NCBI GenBank assembly: GCA_963676835.2
Contig: CAXXFF010000002.1
Coordinates: forward strand, 960,001 to 1,024,000
Direction of reading: 5' to 3'
DNA length: 64,000 nucleotides
Source of the DNA: Marispirochaeta sp.
Lineage (GTDB): Bacteria; Spirochaetota; Spirochaetia; JC444; Marispirochaetaceae
The notes under the pieces were generated by a model, which was not told where the DNA came from, ran no database searches, and saw only the letters and a program-made list of their open reading frames with translations. The position numbers and the translations under genes are program-made. Shown here one piece after another: positions 50,338 to 60,524 of the stretch; position 1 is the stretch's first letter, and each line of letters opens with the position of its first letter.

Positions 50338-51711
50338 ATGCATTTTGATCATTCCACCTTGGAGTTTATTATTGAAGGCTCAAACCTTGGAACCTGGGAG
50401 TGGAATGTTCAGACCGGAGAAACCGTCTTTAACCGGCGATGGGCGGAAATTGTCGGATACAGCCTTGAAGAACTTGCCCCGATATCAATAGAAACATGGA
50501 AAGAGCTGACTCATCCCGAAGATCTGGAAAAAGCAGGGGTTAAACTGCAGGCCCATTTCAGGGGTAAAGCAGAGTTCTATGAAATGGAACTCCGGATGCG
50601 TCACAAGGACGGTCACTGGGTGTGGGTTCTCGACCGGGGCAAGGTTTACACCCGAACGGAAGCAGGTGATCCGGAATGGGTCTACGGATCACATCAGGAT
50701 ATTTCCATGCAGAAAGAACTGGAGTTTCGGCTTAAGCAGAGTGAGGAAAAGTTCCAGAAAACCTTTATAACAAATCCTGCAATATCCGGCTTGAGTGATA
50801 TAGAGACCGGCTGCTATGTAGAGGTAAACCCGGCATTTTATGCGCAGCTTGGCTTTGAGGAAGGTGAGGTTATCGGCAGGCGGGCAACAGACCTTCTCAA
50901 ACTGGACCCTGGATTCAGGGAACCTGCATTAGCGCAGATGAAGGAAAATGGTGCTGTGTATAATCTGGAAACTTCCATTACCAGAAAAGACGGTAGTGTC
51001 ATGGACGTTCTTGTTTCAGCCAACATCCTGGAACTGCAGGGCCGGAAATACAATTTTACCACCGCCATCGATATTTCCCGGCAAAAGGAAGCGGAAAGAG
51101 CGCTCCAGAAAAGTCTGGAGGAAAAAGAGCTTTTAATGCGGGAGATGAACCACCGCATCAAGAATAATCTTCTTCTTGTTTCATCGCTCATAAGCCTTGA
51201 ATGTATGAACAGCCAGAAGGACGCGGATCTTGGTAATCTGAAAAACCGCATAGATGCCATTGGCCTTATTCATGAAACCCTTCTGAAGGATAAAGACCTG
51301 AAAACGGTAAACATCCGGACATACATAGAAAATCTGTTGGCAAATATTTTTGAACATTTTGTTCAATATTCTGTCACGGTGAATAATGATGTGGAGCCAA
51401 CGGAGATTTCCACGGATAAAACAATCCCCATCGGCCTTATTGTAAATGAAATTGCCACAAATGCAGTAAAGCATGGTCTTCAGGAAGGAGACCACGCGGT
51501 ATTTAATATAAAAATGGCCAGCCCCGATGAGGATGGTATGGTTGAATTGCGGATATCCGATAACGGCGACCCGCTCCCGGACAATCTCGATTTTGAGCAT
51601 CCCCGGAGTACCGGTCTGCAGCTGATCCAATCATTGGTTATGCAGCTGGGTGGAACCATTCAGCTTACCCGGTCGCCCCATGCGGAATACCGGATATATT
51701 TTTCTCTATAG
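50338..51711 (+). CDS. Soluble PAS-PAS sensor kinase, HisKA_2 type
   Basis: PAS_3 (THPEDL…RHKDGHWVW), second PAS, EMNHRIKNNL, NEIATNAVKH, DNG, STGLQLI. Confidence 0.9.
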   Translation: MHFDHSTLEFIIEGSNLGTWEWNVQTGETVFNRRWAEIVGYSLEELAPISIETWKELTHPEDLEKAGVKLQAHFRGKAEFYEMELRMRHKDGHWVWVLDRGKVYTRTEAGDPEWVYGSHQDISMQKELEFRLKQSEEKFQKTFITNPAISGLSDIETGCYVEVNPAFYAQLGFEEGEVIGRRATDLLKLDPGFREPALAQMKENGAVYNLETSITRKDGSVMDVLVSANILELQGRKYNFTTAIDISRQKEAERALQKSLEEKELLMREMNHRIKNNLLLVSSLISLECMNSQKDADLGNLKNRIDAIGLIHETLLKDKDLKTVNIRTYIENLLANIFEHFVQYSVTVNNDVEPTEISTDKTIPIGLIVNEIATNAVKHGLQEGDHAVFNIKMASPDEDGMVELRISDNGDPLPDNLDFEHPRSTGLQLIQSLVMQLGGTIQLTRSPHAEYRIYFSL

Positions 51712-51744
51712 TGGGTGCTTAAATATTATAAAAACAATCAGCTA

Positions 51745-51796
51745 TAGACATCCTGCTTAATTGACAGTATCTTTTGGTTATACCCCCAGGGGGTAT
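51745..51796 (+). promoter_or_regulatory. Promoter with CsoR/RcnR-type operator
   Basis: TAGACA 51745-51750, 17 bp, TATCTT 51768-51773; perfect palindrome ATACCCCC-A-GGGGGTAT 51780-51796. Confidence 0.75.
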
Positions 51797-51810
51797 GTGA
51801 GAGGTGCAAT

Positions 51811-51948
51811 ATGAAGCGAATTTTTACCACAATCAGATTACGCTGGATCAAATATCTTGAAAAACTTGCCAAAGTGAATGAGGAGCTTTACGGCAATAAG
51901 CGGCTGGATTGCTGTGATATGAACAAAACACGGCACCCGGGTGCCTGA
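51811..51948 (+). CDS. 45-aa LDCC-motif putative metal-binding peptide (absent from the ORF track)
   Basis: SD GAGGT; MKRIFTTIRLRWIKYLEKLAKVNEELYGNKRLDCCDMNKTRHPGA*; lies between the operator and the multicopper oxidase. Confidence 0.8.
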   Translation: MKRIFTTIRLRWIKYLEKLAKVNEELYGNKRLDCCDMNKTRHPGA

Positions 51949-51962
51949 CGCAGTGTATCCCT

Positions 51963-53336
51963 GTGAAAGACACAGTTAGATACGTGAATCTGCTTATAAG
52001 CCTTCTGCTGCTTGCAGGAAGTTTTCTGTGGGCAGATTCCGATTCCACGTCTTTACCTGTTCCCCCTCTGATAAATGGCAGCTCTGTCACCCTGAATATA
52101 CAAAACGGCAGTCTCCAGCTGCCCTTTGGTACCAGTGATACCCTTGGTTTCAATGGAAACTATCTCGGGCCGACAATCAGATTTTCCAGAGGAGATTCCG
52201 CGAATATACAGGTTAATAACGGCCTTAATGAGGATACAACCGTTCACTGGCATGGTCTTCATGTTCCGGCGGAGTACGATGGCGGGCCGCATCAGATTGT
52301 CAAAGCCGGAGAAAGCTGGAATCCGGAATTCCGGATTAACCAGAGCGCTGCAACCCTGTGGTACCATCCGCATCTTATGGGAAAAACGGCGGAGCAGGTA
52401 TACCGGGGCCTGGCAGGAATGTTTATAATTGATGATTCATATTCGGATTCGCTGCCGATTCCCCGGGATTACGGAGTAAACGATATTCCCCTGATACTGC
52501 AGGACCGGAGGATTGACCGGAGCGGAAAGTTCTCCTACCAGCCCTCCCGGCCGGATGTTGTCCATGGGTATACCGGCAACATTATGCTGGTTAACGGTGC
52601 GTATCAGCCTGTTCTCGATACATATCAGGGAACCTACCGTTTCCGGATTCTTAACGGATCAAACTCATCGGTCTACCGTCTGTCATTTTCAGATAAAATT
52701 CAGTTTACCGTAATCGCTTCGGATGGAGGCTTTCTTCCCCGGTCTGTTTCGGCCTCTACTCTGATAATCTCCCCGGGAGAACGCTTTGAGATTCTTGCTG
52801 ATTTCCGGAAAAACGGAGACCGGACACTGAATGTGGAAGTTCTGGGAGGTCCTGCATACACTGCCATGACGGTTCGTACCGGTTCCGCGGCAGGCCGTTA
52901 TTTTCCCCACCCCCGGAGGTTCGACTATGTTCATCCGGATTACTCAGCGCCGGGCCTGGCCATGCGGGAATTCAATATGGAAACCCGGATGATGGGCTCA
53001 TTTACCATAAACGGGCAGCAGATGCGTATGGATAAAATAAACTTCAGCCTTAAATCCGGCAGCGAAGAAATCTGGACTGTACGGAATGTAGGTATGGGCA
53101 TGATGAATATTGTTCACTCCTTTCATGTTCATGATACCCAGTTTACTGTTCTCTCTTATAACGGGCGCAAACCCGATCCCCTGTATCAGGGGCCCAAGGA
53201 TACTATCCTGCTTTCCCCGGGGGACGAAGCTGTTATAGGGGTAAGCTTTCGTGATTACACCGGCGTCTATATGTATCATTGTCATCTTCTGGAGCATGAA
53301 GACTCGGGAATGATGGGCCAGTTTCTGGTGGAGTAG
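51963..53336 (+). CDS. Multicopper oxidase (CueO-like)
   Basis: HWHG, WYHPH, HSFHVH and HCHLLEHEDSGMM copper ligands; signal peptide. Confidence 0.92.
   Translation: MKDTVRYVNLLISLLLLAGSFLWADSDSTSLPVPPLINGSSVTLNIQNGSLQLPFGTSDTLGFNGNYLGPTIRFSRGDSANIQVNNGLNEDTTVHWHGLHVPAEYDGGPHQIVKAGESWNPEFRINQSAATLWYHPHLMGKTAEQVYRGLAGMFIIDDSYSDSLPIPRDYGVNDIPLILQDRRIDRSGKFSYQPSRPDVVHGYTGNIMLVNGAYQPVLDTYQGTYRFRILNGSNSSVYRLSFSDKIQFTVIASDGGFLPRSVSASTLIISPGERFEILADFRKNGDRTLNVEVLGGPAYTAMTVRTGSAAGRYFPHPRRFDYVHPDYSAPGLAMREFNMETRMMGSFTINGQQMRMDKINFSLKSGSEEIWTVRNVGMGMMNIVHSFHVHDTQFTVLSYNGRKPDPLYQGPKDTILLSPGDEAVIGVSFRDYTGVYMYHCHLLEHEDSGMMGQFLVE
53307..53335 (+). repeat. Left 29-bp direct repeat (attL-like), 3' end of the multicopper oxidase gene
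   Basis: GGAATGATGGGCCAGTTTCTGGTGGAGTA, identical to 61095-61123. Confidence 0.92.
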
Positions 53337-53930
53337 CTGGGGTTTGATCGTTAATTGCAGTATGGACTTGTTATTGCAATTGATAATTTGTAGTGAGATG
53401 AAAAACTGAAACCTCCCTAATCGAAGAATAGAATCATTAAGTTCAAATCTCAGAATGTTATCTTCTTTGATTCAATAATGTTATTACAAGAAAACATTGT
53501 TTTTAAGTGATAGTGTTTACATAAAGCTCGCTGTGATAAAAGTTCTCTTCATAAGACTATTTACTTGTTATATATTCAGAGGTCATCTATTGAGTTTGAG
53601 ACTTAGTGGTTTTATGAAAACATGGATCAGTGAATTATCTCCTATAGCCTGATCAATTGCTATTAGTTGTATAATGTGATCACCCGACCAATCCATTTGA
53701 TAAATCATCTTTAGATTAGTTATTCGGACAAGACGCTTTTTGAGATAAAGTTGTAAAATTTGGTATATAGATTTTTAAAAATTTCTTTTTAAGATCAAAA
53801 ATATAGTCATAAGTAACTATAGAGTTTCGCATTTGTGGTTTTAATGATCAATAAAAAGACTGCCAATCGTTCATGCAAAATGTTTAGGATTATGACACTT
53901 AATTAATTTAATCATGGATATAAATTTTAA

Positions 53931-54000
53931 TTGACAATGCCATAGGGTGATGTATAATGAATTTACTTGTACAACAAGTGACTTAGAGGTAGTACAACCA
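53931..54000 (+). promoter_or_regulatory. Promoter and FadR/GntR-type operators of the islet operon
   Basis: TTGACA 53931-53936, 16 bp, TATAAT 53953-53958; inverted repeat ACTTGT-ACA-ACAAGT 53965-53979 and a second site TAGTACAACCA 53990-54000. Confidence 0.75.
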
Positions 54001-54021
54001 AAAAATTTTTGGGAGATATTG

Positions 54022-54717
54022 ATGAAGGGCGAGAAGATAAGAGCAGGAGAACAAATTTTTACGTATTTGAAGGACGAAATACAAAATGGGAAAATATCTC
54101 CTGGTGATAAACTCCCTTCGGAAAATGAAATTGCAGAAAAATATAATGTAAGCAGGAATACAGTTAGAGATGCAATCAATAAGCTTGCGGCTCTTGGCAT
54201 TGTTGAAACATTTCATGGAAAAGGCACTTTTATTAAAGAAATAAAGGTGAATGATGAGATAGATGGTTTAATACCGCATTTTGTTAGAGAATCCAGTGAC
54301 TATTTATCCATGATGAATTTACGGATTGCAATAGAGACTCAGGCAGTTTATCTCGCTGCAGTCAATTCAACTTATCAGGATGTTGACGCAATAGAAGCCA
54401 TCCTTTTAGATCTGGAAAATCATCGTGATGATCTTGAATATTATTCTAATAAGGATATGGATTTTCACAATAAAATTATTGAATGTAGTGGGAATAAATT
54501 GTTTTACTCAATGCTTCAGATTGTAAGGCGTGTTCTAGATGATGTGATGATAGATTTCATTGTTGACTTTGGAAACTATGAAAGCATTTCAGCACACAGA
54601 AAAATATTTGAAGCAATTAAAACAGCCAATCCGGAAAAAGCTAGTAAGCATATGCATCAGCATCTGCAGATAGTTGTTAATCGCTATTTCTATATTTTCA
54701 AGCAGGAAAAGAAATAA
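54022..54717 (+). CDS. GntR/FadR-family transcriptional regulator
   Basis: PGDKLPSENEIAEKYNVSRNTVRDAI…GKGTF; FCD domain DMDFH…SGN…H; start reassigned after GGGAGA. Confidence 0.92.
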   Translation: MKGEKIRAGEQIFTYLKDEIQNGKISPGDKLPSENEIAEKYNVSRNTVRDAINKLAALGIVETFHGKGTFIKEIKVNDEIDGLIPHFVRESSDYLSMMNLRIAIETQAVYLAAVNSTYQDVDAIEAILLDLENHRDDLEYYSNKDMDFHNKIIECSGNKLFYSMLQIVRRVLDDVMIDFIVDFGNYESISAHRKIFEAIKTANPEKASKHMHQHLQIVVNRYFYIFKQEKK

Positions 54718-54741
54718 GAGCTAAAAGGGATGGCGTAGAGA

Positions 54742-56244
54742 ATGAGTATGAATACACTAATTGAATTTCGAAATATAACGAAAAAATTTCCTGGTGTTAC
54801 TGCCTTAAATAATGTCAGCCTATCACTGGTTAGAGGTGAGGTTCATGTTTTACTCGGAGAAAATGGCGCAGGAAAATCTACACTTATGAAAGTTTTATCA
54901 GGTGCTATTACTCCTGATATGGGAGAGGTTCTTCTCGAAGGGCAACCCATTATAAATAATTCTCCTATAAAAGCACAAGATCTTGGTATATCTATGATAT
55001 ATCAAGAGTTAAATCTTATCCCAGAGTTGTCTGTAATGGAAAATATCTTTTTAGGTTCAGAGGAAAAGGGCAAATCCAATTTTCTACTAAATAAAAAAAG
55101 AATGTATAAGAAAACAGTTGAGCATTTGTCAGAGTTGAATTTAAAAGTGGATCCGAGAATTCCGATTAAAGAATTGGGTGCTGGGACACAGCAGATGATA
55201 GAAATAGCAAAAGCCATTTCGAAAGATTCAAAGGTGCTTGTGCTGGATGAGCCGACTAGTTCTCTTACCGATTCAGAAATTGTTGAATTGTTTAGAATTA
55301 TCAAAGTGTTAAAAAATCGCGGTGTCGGGATGTTTTATATTTCACATCGATTAGAAGAGATTTCTGAAGTTGGTGACTCAGTCTCAATTCTACGTGATGG
55401 TGAGAAAATCAGCAGTAATAAAATTTCTGATTTAACAATGGATGAGATGATTGAGCAGATTGCCGGTAGAAAGATTACTAATCTTTTTCCGCATACGAGG
55501 AAGAAGCGCGGCCAATGTGTTCTTGATGTAAAGAATTGTTCAGGCGATGGATTTACTGATATTAATCTTCAAGTATTTTCGGGAGAAATAGTAGGGTTGT
55601 CAGGGCTGGTCGGTGCCGGAAGGACAGAGCTGGCCAGAGCGATTTTTGGAATTGATGATTACTACCATGGTGAAATCCTGGTTGAAGGCAAGAAAGTAGT
55701 AAAGAAAAATACACGGAAAGCTGTGCGACAGGGAATTGGACTTGTTCCGGAAGATCGAAAGGAACAAGGGCTATCCCTACAGAAAAGTATAAGGGAGAAT
55801 TCTGTTGTAAGCGTACTGAAAAAAATTCATCAAAAAGGATTCATCAATGTTGGGAGAGAGAAAAAGATATGTCATGAATATGTAAGAAACCTCTCTATCG
55901 CAACCCCATCAATTGAAAAGCTTACGGGATTTTTAAGTGGAGGTACACAGCAGAAAGTTGTTATCTCAAAATGGCTTATGGCAGGGTTAAAACTTTTCAT
56001 TTTCGATGAACCAACACGAGGAATAGATGTAGGTGCTAAGAGTGAAATCTACAGCATTATGGATGGACTTGTTGAACAAGGTGCTGCAATACTAATGATA
56101 TCTTCAGATCTACCGGAAATACTCGGGATGAGTGACAGAGTGTATGTCATGTCCTCTGGGAACATTAAAGGAACTATGGATATTGAGGACGCTGATCAGA
56201 CAAAAATACTACAAATTGCATACTCACATAAAGGAGGTAATTAA
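54742..56244 (+). CDS. Sugar ABC transporter ATP-binding protein (RbsA/MglA type)
   Basis: GENGAGKSTL, LDEPTSSL, ISHRL, PEDRK, LSGGTQQK, DEPTRGIDVGAK. Confidence 0.95.
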   Translation: MSMNTLIEFRNITKKFPGVTALNNVSLSLVRGEVHVLLGENGAGKSTLMKVLSGAITPDMGEVLLEGQPIINNSPIKAQDLGISMIYQELNLIPELSVMENIFLGSEEKGKSNFLLNKKRMYKKTVEHLSELNLKVDPRIPIKELGAGTQQMIEIAKAISKDSKVLVLDEPTSSLTDSEIVELFRIIKVLKNRGVGMFYISHRLEEISEVGDSVSILRDGEKISSNKISDLTMDEMIEQIAGRKITNLFPHTRKKRGQCVLDVKNCSGDGFTDINLQVFSGEIVGLSGLVGAGRTELARAIFGIDDYYHGEILVEGKKVVKKNTRKAVRQGIGLVPEDRKEQGLSLQKSIRENSVVSVLKKIHQKGFINVGREKKICHEYVRNLSIATPSIEKLTGFLSGGTQQKVVISKWLMAGLKLFIFDEPTRGIDVGAKSEIYSIMDGLVEQGAAILMISSDLPEILGMSDRVYVMSSGNIKGTMDIEDADQTKILQIAYSHKGGN

Positions 56245-57282
56245 ATGTCAGACTTTAAGATTCAGAACAAGCTGATAGTTCATGTCTTACGAATTAATCG
56301 AAGAATGCCAAATTCGATTTATATATTTATTGTTGTGTTTCTTGGGTTATCAATGAGCGTCAACAATTTTTTCTCAGCAACTAATTTAGCCACCTTGTTG
56401 GAGCAGACCTGTATTCTATCATTACTAAGTGTTGCAATGTCACTTGCAATCATTTCTGCTGGAATAGATTTATCTGTTGGTGGGATTGTGTCATTTGCCG
56501 GAATTATTATGGCTTTGATGGTAAGCAGTGGGATCAATACCGTATTCGCTGTGATTGTGGGAATTTTTGCAGCACTAATCTTTGGTCTGCTGAATGGTTT
56601 GATAGTGGTTAAAATGAAAGTCGTACCTTTTATCGCTACTTTTGGAATGATGGGTGTTGCACAGGGAATAGCAAATCTTCTTTCTAATAAAAGGGCAATC
56701 TATTTGAATGAAGACAACGGGAATATCATAATACATTTTCTGCAGAACAAGTTGATCGAGATCAATATTGGAGATGGCGCCTTTAGTATCAATATGATTG
56801 TCATCATTACAATTTTATCAATAGCGTTGATCATATTTATTTACAAAAAGACTCAACTGGGTTTGTACCTCTATGCAATAGGAGGGAACAGAGAAGCAGC
56901 AAAACTTTCTCATATACGAGTAGATATGTGGAATATCGGCGTTTATGTAATTACCGGATTAATAGCTGGGATAGCCGCATTACTTATGGTGCTTCGTTTA
57001 AACAGTGCTCAACCAACTGCAGGTGATGGCTTGGAATTTCAAGCAGTTGTGGCAGCTGTTCTTGGAGGTAATGATCTTAAAGGAGGAAAAGGCAGTATTG
57101 CTGGTGCTATACTTGGAGCATTTTCTGTATATGCGTTGAAGAACGGGTTAGCATTGGCTGGTGTTAACAGTTTCCTGATCATGATAATACTCGGTGCTGT
57201 TCTTGTTATTGGAATGGTCTTAAATACACTTGCATCAAATCACAATTTTTCTAAGAAATATGTAACAAGGGGAATGGAATGA
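56245..57282 (+). CDS. Sugar ABC transporter permease (RbsC type)
   Basis: GIDLSVG, PFIATFG, YAIGGNREAA, AAVLGG. Confidence 0.92.
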   Translation: MSDFKIQNKLIVHVLRINRRMPNSIYIFIVVFLGLSMSVNNFFSATNLATLLEQTCILSLLSVAMSLAIISAGIDLSVGGIVSFAGIIMALMVSSGINTVFAVIVGIFAALIFGLLNGLIVVKMKVVPFIATFGMMGVAQGIANLLSNKRAIYLNEDNGNIIIHFLQNKLIEINIGDGAFSINMIVIITILSIALIIFIYKKTQLGLYLYAIGGNREAAKLSHIRVDMWNIGVYVITGLIAGIAALLMVLRLNSAQPTAGDGLEFQAVVAAVLGGNDLKGGKGSIAGAILGAFSVYALKNGLALAGVNSFLIMIILGAVLVIGMVLNTLASNHNFSKKYVTRGME

Positions 57283-58286
57283 AATCCTCAAAGATCCGAC
57301 TTGGAATTAAGTCTGCCTTATATAACTTTTCAACCTTATGGATATTACTTGTAATACTTATATTCTTTTCGGTTACAGGCCGGGGATTTGTTAGTGGAGG
57401 TAATATTTCAAATATTATCAATCAGGCTTCGTTTCTTTGTATTATAGGTGTTGCTCAATTAATTGTGATTCTGGCTGGTGGAGTTGATCTTTCTATTGGC
57501 TCAATTATGGCACTGTCTACAGTCTTATGTGGACCGATGTTTCTGGCGAAAAGCAATACATTTTTTCTTATTCCTGTTCTTCTTACATTACTATTTGGAG
57601 GTCTCGTTGGACTCATAAATGGCCTAATGGTTACCAAGTTAAAAATACCTGCATTTCTTGCAACCTTCGCAGTTATGTATGCCGCACGCGGTGCTGCATG
57701 GTTGTATATAGGTAAAGGTGTCTACTATGGAATAAACAAATCAATAAGATACTGGGCAACCGGATGTCTTTTTAATATTGGTAGTTTTCGGGTCACCGTA
57801 CCTATACTGGTTGTTCTACTCTTTCTGGTGATTATGTCTTTCTTTCTTAAGAAAACGATTCTTGGACGGGAGATATATTTTACTGGTGCAAATAAAACTG
57901 CAGCATGTTTTGCTGGTATCCCTGCACATAATATTATTATCTGGTCACATGTATTGAGTGGGTTGATTTCCAGTTTTGCAGGAATAATGTATGTTGCAAG
58001 AATAAATGCTGCCGATGCAAATCTTGGTGTGACATATCACTTTGATGCAATATCGGTTGCCTTGATTGGTGGAGCAGTTTTCTCTGGTGGTTCAGGCAGT
58101 GTCTGGGGTGTTGCCGGAGGAGCTCTGATAATTTCAATCATTCAAAGTGGAATGAATAACTTGAGAGTCCCTACCGAACTTCAGACTGCCTTCCTTGGTT
58201 TGGTTATTATTGTGGCTGTATTTCTTAATCAATACTTACAAACAAAGCAAATGTCTCTGGAAGATAAGCAGATAGAGAAAGCATGA
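57279..58286 (+). CDS. Sugar ABC transporter permease (RbsC type), second subunit
   Basis: GGVDLSIG, PAFLATFA, GREIYFTGAN, IGGAVFSGGSG. Confidence 0.92.
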   Translation: MKSSKIRLGIKSALYNFSTLWILLVILIFFSVTGRGFVSGGNISNIINQASFLCIIGVAQLIVILAGGVDLSIGSIMALSTVLCGPMFLAKSNTFFLIPVLLTLLFGGLVGLINGLMVTKLKIPAFLATFAVMYAARGAAWLYIGKGVYYGINKSIRYWATGCLFNIGSFRVTVPILVVLLFLVIMSFFLKKTILGREIYFTGANKTAACFAGIPAHNIIIWSHVLSGLISSFAGIMYVARINAADANLGVTYHFDAISVALIGGAVFSGGSGSVWGVAGGALIISIIQSGMNNLRVPTELQTAFLGLVIIVAVFLNQYLQTKQMSLEDKQIEKA

Positions 58287-58335
58287 ATATTTTAACTCCT
58301 CTTCCTTAAGGGAGAGATAAAATTCAGGAGGAAAT

Positions 58336-59289
58336 ATGAAATCACGTGTATTGGTCGTTATGGGAGTGGTGTGTCTGTTACTTGGCTTGCTTGGCTGTAA
58401 TGGAGGAGTGGAAAGCGGCAGTGTAGTATCGCAGGCACAGGAAAGTGCAAAGAACTACAAAATCGCATTTATTGTTAAGAGTCTTCAGTCCCCATTTTTT
58501 ATCAATATGATGGAAGCTGCAGAACAGGCAGATGAGGATTATCCGGAAATCACTGTGGATGTAAGTGCACCTCAGACACCTTTCAATATTGATGAACAAA
58601 TTCAACTGGTAGAACAAGCAATAACAAACAAAGTTGATGCTATTGTTATTACACCTTGTGATTCGGTTGGTATAGGACCTGCAATCAAGAAGGCAAATGA
58701 AGCCGGAATCATTGTAATTACGCCTAATACGAAATCAGCGACTGGGAAAATTACTGCCTTTGTTGGTGTGGAAAACTATAATGTTGGATATGACCTTGGT
58801 GTTGCCTTATGTGAAAAACTAGATGGAGAAGGAAATGTACTTCTTATGGAGGGTAAAGCTGGGAATTCCACCTCAGAAGAGCGTGCCAAGGGGTTTAAAG
58901 CAGCAGTTCAAACATACTCCAGAATAACTTTGCTTGATAGCCAACCGGCAGACTGGGAACGGGCAAAAGGTATGACTGTTATGGAAAACTGGCTGCAGCG
59001 TTATAAAGAGATCGATGGTATTTTGACTCTTACTAAAGATATGGGTCTAGGTGCAATTGAAGCGATAAAGGCTGCCGGACGTGACCAGGAAATTGTTTCG
59101 GTTACTTTTGACGTAGATGATGATGTGCTGGATGCTATAAAAAATGGAGATCTTTATGCTTCTGGTAATCAGAATGAGAAAAGTCAGGCTTATGTTGCTG
59201 TTACAAGTGCATTATTTACTTTGAAAGGGTATAAAGTTGACGATTCCCAGATTCTTCCCATTTCAATTGTGACAGCAGAAGATATTTAA
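58336..59289 (+). CDS. Sugar ABC transporter substrate-binding lipoprotein (RbsB type)
   Basis: Lipobox LLGC; KSLQSPFF, VDAIVITP, ERAKGF, ADWER. Confidence 0.9.
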   Translation: MKSRVLVVMGVVCLLLGLLGCNGGVESGSVVSQAQESAKNYKIAFIVKSLQSPFFINMMEAAEQADEDYPEITVDVSAPQTPFNIDEQIQLVEQAITNKVDAIVITPCDSVGIGPAIKKANEAGIIVITPNTKSATGKITAFVGVENYNVGYDLGVALCEKLDGEGNVLLMEGKAGNSTSEERAKGFKAAVQTYSRITLLDSQPADWERAKGMTVMENWLQRYKEIDGILTLTKDMGLGAIEAIKAAGRDQEIVSVTFDVDDDVLDAIKNGDLYASGNQNEKSQAYVAVTSALFTLKGYKVDDSQILPISIVTAEDI

Positions 59290-59301
59290 ACATGGTGTTG
59301 A

Positions 59302-59337
59302 TCTGCGGGAATAGTCTCAAAAAGATATTCCTGCAGA
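59302..59337 (+). terminator. Stem-loop after the binding-protein gene
   Basis: TCTGCGGGAATA…TATTCCTGCAGA inverted repeat. Confidence 0.55.
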
Positions 59338-59367
59338 CACAAAATACTTCAATAGGAGATACAAAAA

Positions 59368-60483
59368 ATGAGCTTACTGGATAAATGGATTACAACCGAA
59401 GAACCATCAATATTTTTCGAGAACACAGAAGTCGGACAGTTGAAGAAAAAGATATGGGATGCTTCTGAGTGTGAAATAGAAGATATCTTGCAGGAATACG
59501 ATATCCCTTCTGACCCCGAGCTGGGAAAACCCAATACATATATACAAACGACAAACCGGAACCTGGCAATTGAGAAGAGGCGGAAGAACGATATAGTATT
59601 TATTCCAGTCGGATGTTCTGAAAATCATGGTATCCATGCCAATACTGGTCTAGATACCTTTATGGTGACACAGATAGTGGAAGGTTTGCGGCGTTATACA
59701 GCAAAAAAAGGGCATGAGTGTAATATAGCATTTACACCATTGAATTACGGGGGGCATCCACATCACCATGTTGGCATGCCTGGTACTATTATTATGCCTC
59801 ATGAAGTTGTTGTTGAAACTCTAATCTATACAATGCTTGGTTTATGGAATGATGGATACCGAAAGATTTTACTGATAAATAATCATGGTCATCTGTGGAT
59901 GCTGGAGTCAGCGATTCAGGAGTTCTGTAAAAGATATCAGCTTCCCGGTATTTTCAGGGTAATAGACTGGCATCGTGCAATCCGGGAATTCTTTGTACCG
60001 GTTGATCGTGGGGACAGTTTTGAAACAACCTTTATTCATGCTGATGAAATTGAAACATCCATGGCGTTATTGTTGTTTAAAGGAATGATCGATATGAAAG
60101 TTGTTCAGGATGCATGGCCAGTAAATCTGCTTCCGGGTGGTCACTTGGATGTGTCTGTTGACACATATCGAAGACCGTGCAGGTGGTCGGAGGGCGAAGG
60201 TCATTCTGCAATAGAAATTAAGGGAACTCCTGAAGGAGTGGTCGGTGCACCCAGTAAAGCAGATCCTAAAAAGGCAAAACGTCCGATGGCTGCAATACTT
60301 AAATATCTTACTCTTTTACACGATCAAATTCTTGAGGCATATCCGGCAGGAGAAGTTCCGTCTGTTGAGATGACAACGTTGAGAACTGAAGAGGAAATGG
60401 AACCTTATCTGCGTGAACCTCTTTCGGATGGCTGGAAGTCTGTATATCAGTTGCCAAAAATTGGCGCATTTGAAAAACTTTAA
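59368..60483 (+). CDS. iolN: Creatininase-family hydrolase, probably 3-dehydro-scyllo-inosose hydrolase-like
   Basis: IPVGCSENHGIH…D, HHVGMPGT, INNHGH and HADEIETS creatininase metal motifs; the long N-terminal extension resembles IolN-type proteins as I recall them. Confidence 0.6.
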   Translation: MSLLDKWITTEEPSIFFENTEVGQLKKKIWDASECEIEDILQEYDIPSDPELGKPNTYIQTTNRNLAIEKRRKNDIVFIPVGCSENHGIHANTGLDTFMVTQIVEGLRRYTAKKGHECNIAFTPLNYGGHPHHHVGMPGTIIMPHEVVVETLIYTMLGLWNDGYRKILLINNHGHLWMLESAIQEFCKRYQLPGIFRVIDWHRAIREFFVPVDRGDSFETTFIHADEIETSMALLLFKGMIDMKVVQDAWPVNLLPGGHLDVSVDTYRRPCRWSEGEGHSAIEIKGTPEGVVGAPSKADPKKAKRPMAAILKYLTLLHDQILEAYPAGEVPSVEMTTLRTEEEMEPYLREPLSDGWKSVYQLPKIGAFEKL

Positions 60484-60524
60484 CACGGTGTCAGTAGTAG
60501 TGCGAATTCTGGAGGATTATTTCT

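Noticed and set aside
53337..53930. Possible integrase remnant, ncRNA or CRISPR array in the long AT-rich gap
   Set aside because: No ORF of 60 aa or more lies within the gap (only the tail of an antisense shadow ORF reaches 53871); no regularly spaced repeats or tRNA-like fold seen.
53947..54021. N-terminal extension of the GntR gene
   Set aside because: It runs through the -10 box and operators.
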